Source: Macrostomum lignano (Eukaryota). Taken from it: a DNA stretch of 64,000 nucleotides. The stretch spans positions 1 to 64,000 of the forward strand of contig NIVC01002441.1 of the NCBI GenBank assembly GCA_002269645.1, in the 5' to 3' direction. The first letter of the stretch is position 1; each line of letters begins with the position of its first letter. The notes beneath the pieces are model-generated. The model was not told the DNA's origin. It did not search any database and saw only the letters and a program-made list of their open reading frames with translations. The translations under genes and the position numbers were made by a program. Of the stretch, positions 23,701-35,900 are shown in pieces.

Positions 23701-26700
23701 GTCTATCTCACCCTTGTCTACTTCTCCGTCTCCTCTCTTCATACCGTCTATCACCCTTGTCTACTTCTCCGTCTCTCTTCATACCGTCTATCTCACCCTT
23801 GTCTACTTCTCTGTCTCTCTTCATACCGTCTATCTCACCCTTGTCTACTTCTCGGTCTCCTCTCTTCATACCGTCTATCACCCTTGTCTACTTCTCCGTC
23901 TCTCTTCATACCGTCTATCTCACCCTTGTCTACTTCTCGGTCTCCTCTCTTCATACCGTCTATCTCACCCTTGTCTACTTCTCGGTCTCCTCTCTTCATA
24001 CCGTCTATCTCACCCTTGTCTACTTCTCCGTCTCTCTTCATACCGTCTATCTCACCCTTGTCTACTTCTCCGTCTCCTCTCTTCATACCGTCTATCACCC
24101 TTGTCTACTTCTCCGTCTCTCTTCATACCGTCTATCCCACCCTTGTCTACTCCGTCTCCTCTCTTCATACCGTCTATCTCACCCTTGTCTACTCCGTCTC
24201 CTCTCTTCATACCGTCTATCACCCTTGTCTACTTCTCCGTCTCTCTTCATACCGTCTATCTCACCCTTGTCTACTTCTCGGTCTCCTCTCTTCATACCGT
24301 CTATCTCACCCTTGTCTACTTCTCGGTCTCCTCTCTTCATACCGTCTATCTCACCCTTGTCTACTTCTCCGTCTCTCTTCATACCGTCTATCTCACCCTT
24401 GTCTACTTCTCCGTCTCCTCTCTTCATACCGTCTATCACCCTTGTCTACTTCTCCGTCTCTCTTCATACCGTCTATCCCACCCTTGTCTACTCCGTCTCC
24501 TCTCTTCATACCGTCTATCTCACCCTTGTCTACTCCGTCTCCTCTCTTCATACCGTCTATCTCAGCTTTTTCAATAGTTATTGCGAAATCCCCACTAGTC
24601 ACTGCTTCTGTCCCAGTGCACCGATCTAGGCAGAAGGGAGCGCAGGAATGGGAGATGGGGAGGGGGGTTAATATGTAAATCAATGCCAACTCAGCATCCT
24701 TCCATCATCAAGGGAAGAGGAGGCCGGCGGGGGTGGGGATTCAGTCGCGAGGATTTTTGTCCAAAGGCTATAGCAGCTTTCACTTCGCGAGAGTGCCGGA
24801 AGAGTTTGGGGTGTGGAAAGGAAGTTTTTCTTTTGGTTCACCACGCGACTCACGAGGCTTATTGATGAAGGACAGGACCGGCTCAGACTCTCTGTAAGCC
24901 TGCAGTCTCAGTTTCCCCAACACTTGGGGCCAGCATAAGCTGTCAACTCCAACCCGGGTCAAGCTGTGGGGCTTTTCAGCTCACTCAGCTTGTGCCGCCG
25001 ACTTCGCACTTTTAACTTCTCTCCGCGCGTCTCCTTGTGCATGCCTAAGGTGCAGTAGGGGAGGGGTCGCTAGCCAAGTGGCACTGCAAGTTAAGCAGAA
25101 GTGGTTGCGGTTAGTTTGCCCTGTCTGATTATAAGGTTAACCGCTCTGAGTTAGGAATGGCTGGTTTAGATGTTTTTGTATTTGTATACTGTATATCTAT
25201 ATCTATGCAACTGTCCCTGATCCTATCAATAATGTTGCTATTGTGCTCATTGGGGATTAGTTACTAGGTTAAATCAGGGGGGAGCATTGTGCAGCCCATT
25301 TAGTTAAGCTGGCATGCTTATCAGTGCCTTCCTTGACATACTCAGGATTATATCTCCCTTCTATTTCTCTGGATTATATCTCCCTTTTATATCTCTAGAT
25401 TATATCTCGTCCCTCTATTTCTTTAGATTGTATCTTTTCTTTCTATTTCTCTGGATTGATTATATCTCTTCCCTGTATTTCTATGGATATGGGCTATATC
25501 TCTCCATTTCTTTCTATTGCTCCATCGGCTCGCTAATCCCTTTCCCTCTATCCGCTTCATATTCCTCCATCCCTACATTGTGTCAATATTCACAAGCCTT
25601 CCCTATAACCCAGAAATGCAGAAAAGCATTCCCTGCTAAGTTCTTAAACTAGGCCCGCTGCTCCTCTTGTCGGTGTGCAGAATTTTTCACGGCGTCGAAA
25701 AATTAGAACCTATGATGAAGAAGCAACTCTAGAGTTGCTAGGCAATGCAAGTATGCGGCTGAATTGAATGGCCACAACTATATGGATTTGTGCACGGTGG
25801 CAGCTCTCGCCCAAGCCGTCAGCAGCTCAACTCAAAACACTCACTCACTCATCTTATAGAACTGGGGGGCTCTGAACTGTGTAGAAAGGCCAGTCATTAA
25901 GCCCCCGGCTACTAGCCAAATGTTGACGCTGTCCAGCTTCACCCACTTGCCCGCTACTGAATGTGTAAGCTGGAGAGTGTGAAATTAAGCGAGAGTGAGT
26001 GGGCAGGCAGTGGCGGGGAACAAAAGCCCCACTTTTAGGCGCGGATCGAGGAGGGTAGGGCGCTCTCTCGCTGACTGCTTGCTGCGATTTTGGAAACATT
26101 TTTTTTTTTGGCGCACCGCGGCCAGCCACCATACAGCCTTTTCCGGATCGAAGTTCTCTCTGGGTGGGTGTGCCTGCAGCCTTCTGCTCCGCATTCACTC
26201 TCAGGAATTGAGTCCGTCCATATACCCCCCTCCCCGCCTCGATCGGCTGCTGCTGACCCGTCAGTCACTCAAAACCGTCCTCAAACCCGCAGTGCTTGCG
26301 ACAAATATTATATTATAAAGTGTAAACTGTATATATCCTGAGTCAGTTTTTTCCCAGATAGACCCCCTTCAGTTTGGCGAGTTTTATCTCGAATTCTGCC
26401 TGTCTGTGTGTGTCGTGTTGTGTTTACACAGCTCGCAAAAGCTTCTGTCTATATATTTATTTAATCTGTCACTCGTATCTATTATGTCAATCATGAAAAT
26501 AATTCTTTTAATTAAAGATTTCTCTTATCATCGGGGATATATAATAATAATGCACTTCCACTCAGGCTCACCTTGAGGGGGGCGTACTAACCGCAGTCAA
26601 ATCTGCTTAACTTGTGCAGTGCTGGCGGCGAACGCTCTGACCTATTATGGCTAGCAACCACATCAATCCTATAATGATGCAGGTCCTATCTAGATCCTGA

Positions 26701-29700
26701 GCGACCAACATATCCGGAGTGACTCTCAATCCATCCAGAGTGACTCTCAATCCATCCAGTGACTCTCAATCCATCCAAAGTGACTCACTTTATCCAGAGT
26801 GACTCAATCCATCCAGAGTGACTCTCAATCCATCCAAAGTGACTCACTTTATCCAGAGTGACTCAATCCATCCAGAGTGACTCTCAATCCATCCAAAGTG
26901 ACTCACTTTATCCAGAGTGACTCAATCCATCCAGAGTGACTCTCAATTTATCCAGAGTGACTCTCAATCCATCCAGAGTGACTCTCAATTTATCCAGAGT
27001 GACTCTCAATCCATCCAGAGTGACTCAATTTATCCAGAGTGACTCAATCCATCTACTGTTACTCTAATCATTTAGAGAGACTTTTTAACCCACGAAGAGT
27101 GACTCTCAATACATCGAGGGTGACACTCAATCCATCCAGAGTGACACTCAGTCCATCCAGAGTGACTCTCAATCCATCGAGAGTGACACTCAATCCATCC
27201 AGAGTGACACTCAAATCCATCCAGAGTGACTCTCAATCCATCCAGAGTGACACTCAATCCATCCATAGTGACACTCAATCCATCCAGAGTGACACTCAAT
27301 CCATGCAGAGTGACACTCAATCCATCCAGAGTGACACTCAATTTATCCAGAGTGACTCTCAATCCATCCAGAGTGACTCTCAATCCATCCAGAGTGACTC
27401 TCAATCCATCCAGAGTGGCTCTCAATCCATCCAGAGTGACTCTCAATTTATCCAGAGTGACTCAATCCATCTACTGTTACTCTAATCATTTAGAGAGACT
27501 TTTTAACCCACGAAGAGTGACTCTCAATACATCGAGGGTGACTCTCAATTCATCCAGAGTGACTCAATTTATCTAGAGTGACTCAATCCATCCAGAGTGG
27601 CTCTCAATCCATCCAGAGTGACTCTCAACCCATCCAGAGTGACTCTCAATCTATCTATTATTACCCTCCATCAATACGGACTTCTAATCCACGCAGAGTG
27701 ATTTAAAATCAAAGCTTTATAGGAGCGAAAACGAAAAGTGAGAATTGGTCAAATCTTTTGCTGCTGGGTTAACAGACCGTTGAGCTAGTGTAGAGTCCAA
27801 GGCTAGAATTCCAGCAAATCTGAGAACGGCCGGCAGTTTGAGCTGAAACGGCAGACTAATCTTTGATGGCTGACAAGCGCGGATTAGAATTGCACTGCTG
27901 CTGCTGCTGCTGCAAAAGCCTTGGCTGCCGTCCTTTCGCTTCTTCCCATCCAACCATTGGGATTTTAGAGCGAGCCTCTCTAACAGCTAAACAGCCTAAC
28001 AGTCATTGGCCATTTCCCACTCCCAGAAATATCCTCATTCCCTCTTTCCCATTTCGTCTCGCGGTCGGCCGCGCTAAAAAGCCGGAGGCCGGGCCTGGCC
28101 CTGCTGACCAGGACAAGGCCAATATCCCCCCTCCGTGATCGGCCTAGTAATCTGAGAGCAATATTTATCCGGCCACTTTTTTTACACTTGGCCGCACTTT
28201 CCCTAAACCGCACCCTTGTGTACTATACTATATGCTCCAACACCTGCTGGAAAAGTCTGTCTTTTAGTAGGTTAATATATTGTTTGTAATACCCCGTGTC
28301 CGATAGTAGCATTGGTCCAGGCGCCCGGCTTAAGTCTTCAATCTGGCTTGGCCTGCTGGGCACCTGTGCGGCAACCCCAACCCTCCCTAGCTGAACTCAT
28401 GCCCGCTGCCGCCGCCTCCAACGCCACCGTCGCAGCCTCGGCAGCAGCAGCAAAGCCATCGTCTCATCAGCACAGCGGTCTGCTGCTGAGCCCGTCTGGG
28501 TGAGACTGTTAGACCTGATTGACTTGTGTTCACGGTGTGCTGAACCCAGCTTGATAGCGGCTGTATAAAGGTGTGCTGAACCCGGCTTGATAGCGGCTGT
28601 ATAAAGGTGTGCTGAACCCGGCTTGATAGCGGCTGTATAAAGGTGTGCTGAACCCGGCTTGATAGCGGCTGTATAAAGGTGTGCTGAACCCGGCTTGATA
28701 GCGGCTGTATAAAGGTGTGCTGAACCCGGCTTGATAGCGGCTGTATAAAGGTGTGCTGAACCCGGCTTGATAGCGGCTGTGAGGTGTGCTGAGCCCAGCT
28801 TGATAGCGGCTGTAAGGTGTGCTGAACCCGGCTTGATAGCGGCTGTATAAAGGTGTGCTGAACCCGGCTTGATAGCGGCTGTAAGGTGTGCTGAACCCGG
28901 CTTGATAGCGGCTGTAAGGTGTGCTGAACCCGGCTTGATAGCGGCTGTAAGGTGTGCTGAACCCGGCTTGATAGCGGCTGTAAGGTGTGCTGAACCCGGC
29001 TTGATAGCGGCTGTAAGGTGTGCTGAACCCAGCTTGTTAGCGAAAAAAAACTAGATAGCTAAGCACGAATCCAAACAGCAACTTTGAGGCTGCTAAAACA
29101 CCAAACTAATAATCTCAAAAAGATCTAAAATGTAAAATTTCTTGCAAGCTACAGATTATCAAACGTTCCAGTTATTGGAGAGCTCGCTCATCTATTTCTG
29201 TCACCTACTTGTACCTGACTCCGACACTTGCCATTAGGACACCCTGTTTCACTTTTTGCCTCAAGAAGTCCGTCTCTCTTTCTCGTATCGATTTTTGATA
29301 CCAAAGCTGCTTTACAGCAATCCGACACCGGCAGGCAGCCTCGGGGCAGAGCGGAGTTGCTGAGCCTGTCGAATATCCGCTGCCGCCTCCTCATCCCCGA
29401 CCACATCTTGCCGTCGAATTTCGAATCATATACCCTTCCCTGTAGCCTTGCATGCGGTTTTCGTCAGGTTTTTGTATTGAGTCTTTCACTTTTACACTGG
29501 CGCGTGCCGCCCCTCTGCTAACTGCGAGTCCATTTTCCATTCTACTCGTATACTCATGACTTTCTGTTCGCCTGACTGTCTGCTGTCTGAAATTCAGGTC
29601 TGCTCTCAATCTCTCTCTACAGTATCTTTGAGTGCCACGGGTTTTTTATAATAATTCCGAATTCACCGCGCCGCTTTAAAACAAGGGTGAGCTGAGGTAT

Positions 29701-29774
29701 AGGTAAATCAGCTTTTGTGCGATTTACGGGTCAACTTTTGCCACATACAGAAAGCTCAGTCTGTCTGTCTGACG

Positions 29775-29841
<67 letters not shown>

Positions 29842-29858
29842 AGTCTGTCTGTCTGTTC

Positions 29859-29920
<62 letters not shown>

Positions 29921-32900
29921 TCGTCTGTCTGTCTGTTCGTCTGTCTGTCTCAGTGTCTGTCTGTCTCAGTGTCTGTCTGCATCTGTCTCAGTGTCTGTCT
30001 GCACCTGTCTCAGTGTCTGTCTGCATCTGTCTCAGTGTCTGTCTGCATCTGTCTCAGTGTCTGTCTGCATCTGTCTCAGTGTCTGTCTGCGTCTGTCTCA
30101 GTGTCTGTCTGCATCTTTCTCAGTGTCTGTCTGCATCTGTCTCAGTGTCTGTCTGCATCTTTCTCAGTGTCTGTCTGCATCTGTCTCAGTGTCTGTCTGC
30201 ATCTTTCTCAGTGTCTGTCTGCATCTGTCTCAGTGTCTGTCTGCATCTGTCTCAGTGTCTGTCTGCATCTGTCTCAGTGTCTGTCTGCATCTGTCTCAGT
30301 GTCTGTCTGCATCTGTCTCAGTGTCTGTCTGCATCTGTCTCAGTGTCTGTCTGCATCTGTCTCAGTGTCTGTCTGCATCTGTCTCAGTGTCTGTCTGCAT
30401 CTTTCTCAGTGTCTGTCTGCATCTGTCTCAGTGTCTGTCTGCATCTTTCTCAGTGTCTGTCTGCATCTGTCTCAGTGTCTGTCTGCATCTTTCTCAGTGT
30501 CTGTCTGCATCTGTCTCAGTGTCTGTCTGCATCTGTCTCAGTGTCTGTCTGCATCTGTCTCAGTGTCTGTCTGCGTCTGTCTCAGTGTCTGTCTGCATCT
30601 GTCTCAGTTTCTGTCTGCATCTGTCTCAGTGTCTGTCTGCATCTGTCTCAGTGTCAGTCTGCATCTGTCTCAGTGTCTGTCTGCGTCTGTCTCAGTGTCT
30701 GTCTGCATCTGTCTCAGTGTCTGTCTGCATCTGTCCCAGTGTCTGTCTGCATCTGTCTCAGTGTCTGTCTGCATCTGTCTCAGTGACTGTCTGCATCTGT
30801 CTCAGTGTCTGTCTGCATCTGTCTCAGTGACTGTCTGCATCTGTCTCAGTGTCTGTCTGCATCTGTCTCAGTGTCTGTCTGCATCTTTCTCAGTGTCTGT
30901 CTGCATCTGTCTCAGTGTCTGTCTGCATCTGTCTCAGTGTCAGTCTGAATCTGTCTCAGTGTCTGTCTGCGTCTGTCTCAGTGTCTGTCTGCATCTGTCT
31001 CAGTGTCTGTCTGCATCTGTCTCAGTGTCTGCATCTGTTTTTGTCTGTCCGGCCGCCACCCGCCGGCCAGCCAGTGTCTCTGATCCGCAGCACTAATTGA
31101 GCCGCCGCTGACGCCGCTCCCACAGCCCAGTCGCGGCCTCCCCCGGGCCAGTCTGAGCCCGGCCGGCCGGCCCTGTGTCCGGCTAATCAACCGGAACAAC
31201 TGCTGCGGGAGGAGTTGGGAGGGCAGCCGCCCCCTTCTCGCCGCCCGTATTTTGCGGCCGCCACCCAAACGCTTCCCCATCCGGCTTTTTGCTGTATTCC
31301 TTCCAGCCTCTTCTGTACTCTTTTTTCCTCGTCATCGCATATGATCTTCAAGCCGGCTACACCTCCCAGTCTGTCCCTATGGCCTTAGCTGCACCCTTTA
31401 TGCTCTCGTGGCTGATTTTTCATATATATCTCTTTGACCACAGTCAAGGACCAGGCTGGGTAGATTCTCTCTAATAACTGGAGAGTGAGTACGTTTGGGA
31501 TTGGTATTCCTCCCACTCCCTTGTCAGTATCCTTCTTCTGTACGGTATAAGAATGCGGGCTAATCTCACCTGACACTAATTAAGCTTGCATGCCGGAACT
31601 GTTCTCTCCCCCTGACCGGCAAGCCGCCACCTGTTGTCTGTTGGAATTCCCTGCTGACTAAGAGTATGCAGCTCAACTAATGCGGTGCAGCCCTATTAAC
31701 CGGGGCGCATCTGGTGTCCCGCAAAATTTTTATGAACAGACTTTTCTTCTTAGTTATACTCGAGACGACTTGTAGGCAAAAAAGATTGATTAATGATTGA
31801 TAAATCGATTGAGATTGGTAAATGTGATTGACAACTTCAATAAATAGATATAAATACTACATTGATAGGAAGGCTAGATGAAATGCTCACAGACAGGACC
31901 TACACAGCCGAACCAGGAACTGCCAGCATCCGTTATGCGCCTTCAACTCGCTAATTCAAATTGGTGCGCTTTGGGGCTGCCAACGCCCCCCTCTCACTCT
32001 CCCTCCCTCCCTCAGGGCATTTTGCCGCTTCCCCAGCCAGCAGTTGGGAGCATTCCTCTCGGAAAGTTGTGAATTCAAGATTACTTTGCGCCACCGCTGA
32101 GAGACGTTTTCAGGCGCGCTGGCTGTGGGGGGCACTCCTGCAAGAGAAGGCTGGATATAGGCCGATGGATTTTCTCTGGACTCTGAGAAATATTTATTTA
32201 ATTTCTAGCCCGGCCGCCTTGTCCAAGTGGACAGCGGAGAAAAAGTAGTGAGCTGCTAAGCCGGCCGACTAAATCGCCCGTCTCCCCTGGTCTCTGCCTC
32301 TCTCTTTCATTTATCCCCGAGTTTGAGAATAATTAAAGTTTGCGTCGCGTGCCCCCGACTCGGCTTGTTAGAGTTGGCGTTGAGCTGTGAACGGGATAAA
32401 TTGAGAAGGTGAATCCTTATGTCTGAGGCGAAGTCCAAGGTCTGGGGGGGGCACCCTCAATTACCCCAGCTAATGCTGGCACCCATTTTACAGCTGGGTG
32501 AACTGAAGCAATGCAGAGTTAAGTGTCTTGCTCAAGGACACAATATTGTTCCGAGTGGGATCGGGAATCGAACCCCCGACCTTCAAGTTGTGAGTCCGAC
32601 GCTCTAACCACTAGGCTACAACCCCTATAAATGATAAGATAGCATCTAAGCATGATCAAACCCGATGATTTCTCCGATATGCTCATTCGTTGGGCTATTT
32701 CCCAAAGTAAATTTGTCCCCTGTTCGATTATCCTTAGCTATTGCATGCTAGCGTGTATTCGTGCCCAATCCGCTTTAACTATTTAGCTATAATCCACTAT
32801 ATATATGTCTAATATATGCCTGTCGTTTTGAGCAACCTGCCGGGCCATTAATGGCGCGAGTCCGTGACCCCCGATATCTGGCAGTAAGCAATATAGCGAA

Positions 32901-35900
32901 AAAGGCTGTATAAGAATGAACCGAATGAGGCCCAGGGCAGATCTGCTCTCCCTATGCTAATTATGTATGCGGAACTCTGGCCGCAACCCCCTTCCCGTCT
33001 ACTGCTCCTTCTGCTTCTCCTCTCACTTCTCTACTCTCCCCCCCTCTCTCTCTCTCCTAATGCTTGTTTGCCCCTAAAACCTCGGAATCCCCATTCTAGA
33101 CGATCCCATTCCCGATGCCTGCCTCTCCTCCGCTGCTATCTATCTGCCGGTCTGAAACTCTCATTTCTCTCTCTGATTCTTCATTGCTGCTCTCGCTTAG
33201 CTTTGGATGCTGTGTTTATCACACTGCAACAGGAGTCTCATAGGCTTGTGTGTGTGAGACTCTCAGCCTTGCTTTCACACTGCAACAGGAGTCTCATAGG
33301 CTTGTGTGTGTGAGACTCTCAGCCTTGCTTTCACACTGCAACAGGAGTCTCATAGGCTTGTGTGTGTGAGACTCTCAGCCTTGCTTTCACACTGCAACAG
33401 GAGTCTCATAGGCTTGTGTGTGTGAGACTCTCAGCCTTTCTCTCACACTGCAACAGGAGTCTCATAGGCTTGTGTGTGTGAGACTCTCAGCCTTTCTCTC
33501 ACACTGCAACAAGAGTGTCAAAGGCTTGTATGTATGTGTGTGCTGATATCTCAAGTAATTACATAATCATAATCTCCGCCCCCATTGCGCAGGCTGCTAG
33601 ATAAGCTGCTTGTCGTCTGCCCAAATGTGGACTATTGCGAAGAAGTGCTTCAGCGCTGCGAGCTTGAGTCGCACCTGCTGCACCGGTGAGTCAAACTGTT
33701 TTTTAACCCCTTTTCTAAAAAAGAAAATGTTAATATACCTACCAGCATATGTTAAAGCATTTGCTTGAATAAAAACTCCCCATTTCGAAGCTCAAGATCA
33801 CTATCCTGAAGCTGATAATCTCTATCCTGAAGCTGATAATATCCATTCTGAAGCTTATAATCTCTATCCTGAAGCTGATAATATCCATTCTGAAGCTGAT
33901 AATCTCTATCCCGAAGCTGATAATCTCTATCCTGAAGCTGATAATCCATCCTGAAGCTGATAATCTCTATCATGAAGCTGATAATCTCCATTCTGAAGCT
34001 GATAATCTCCATTCTGAAGCTGATAATCTCTATCCTGAAGCTGATAATCTTCATCCTGAAGCTGATAATCTCTATCCTGAATTTGATAATCTCTATCCTG
34101 AAGCTGATAATATCCATTCTGAAGCTGATAATATCCATTCTGAAGCTGATAATCTCCATTCTGAAGCTGATAATCTCCTTTCTGAAGCTGATAATCTCTA
34201 TCCTGAAGCTGATAATCTCCATTCTGAAGCTGATAATCTCTATTCTAAAGCTGTAATCACCATCCTAAAGTAGCAAATCACCATTTTAAGCTTGGTAAGG
34301 ATCCTGACTTCTTTCCCGAAAATACTCCAAGTTTTAGGATAGTTTCCTTCCTTAGTACCAATTTTCAAAGCAGCTCATATGCGCGAAAATTGATGCAATC
34401 ACTGTATTCGCTACCTATTGCCTTTGTAGCAAATATCGTGACTGCTTGCTCAGCAAATCGAAATCTAATGAGATGTCCGTCACGCAGGCTTTCTGTACTG
34501 TAACCGAGAATTGCTAATTTACAACTCTTCCCCTTCCCATGCACTTCACAGCTGCCGCGGGGCCGTCACCAGGTGCTCGAAATCCGGACAGGGCTGCACC
34601 TTCCAGGGTCCCAAGACCGCCCTGCAGAATCACCTGTGGGAGTGCCCGTTCCGCTCCGAGGCGGACGCCGATGCTGCAGGTGCTGCCGCCGCCGCTGCCG
34701 ACCCTGCGAATGATGGTGAGCTATGAGACTTGTTTGAATTTGTGAGTGAATGCTATCAATGAGTGAGTGAATGCTATCAATGAAGTGAGTGAATGCTATC
34801 AATGAGTGAGTGAATGCTATCAATGAGTGAGTGAATGCCATCAATGAGTGAATGAATGCTATCAATGAGTGAGTGACTATCATCAATGAGTGAGTGAATG
34901 CTATCACTGAGTGAGTGAATACCATCAATGAGTGAGTGAATTCTATCAATGAGTGGGTGAATGCTATCAATGAGTGGGTGAATGCTATCAATGAGTAAGT
35001 GAATGCTATTAATGGGTGAGTGAATGCTATCAATTGGTGAGTGAATGCCGTTAATAAGTGAGTGAATGCTATCAATTGGTGAGTGAATGCTATCAATTAG
35101 TGAATAAATGCTATCAATGAGTGAGTGAATACCATCAATGAGTGAGTGAATGCTATCACTGAGTGAGTGAATACCATCAATGAGTGGGTGAATTCTATCA
35201 ATGAGTGGGTGAATGCTATTAATACGTGAGTGAATGCCATCAATGAGCAATAAATCAGTGTCTGGACAATGTCAATAACAAAGCCGCTGCCAATTCGCAG
35301 GTGAATGGTCATCCAAGCCCCCCATAGTCAGCGGCGAGGTGACGGTCATCGAGATTCCCAGAGGCTGCTACGATCTGGGCATCAGCTTTGTAGGCGGCTG
35401 CGACACGCCATTGGTAAGGGGCTGAGGCGCTGTCAGTCAGTTGGAACTGCACACTTTTAAAGCAACTCTGCACCCGCTGAGCTGCTAATGCAAACAAGTA
35501 CGGTGTTTGAGCTGGACCTCAGCATTGCGCTGATGGCCATGATTCTCTAACAGGCTCTGGGGCCAGTTTGAGGAGGGCCTGTCTGTCTGACTGTCTCTCT
35601 TAGCTATATGCTCCAAAGTTATGAATTATGAATTATCCACCGTTGGGATTTCGTGCTTGGAAGCCGGGGCGACAGACTTGGACTGGCTGGCTAAGCTGGT
35701 TGCCTGGTAAATGAATGGGGATGAAAGAGAGAGATAGAGTGAGTGCGGACTGTGGCCTGGGCTCGTGTCCCAGTTCTAGACGTTTGAGACGAAAGCTCTC
35801 AGAGACTTGATGATGCAGAAGATGCTGTCGCCCAGCTTCCCGTGCGCTGTGCCTGTCGTGTAACTGAACAGTGCTGGGGAGGAGCTAACCGCGGCCAGCT

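Noticed and set aside
32545-32623. Functional tRNA gene (also 7270-7341)
   Set aside because: A/B boxes are present but there is no complete cloverleaf or acceptor stem, and the sequence continues into a SINE body.
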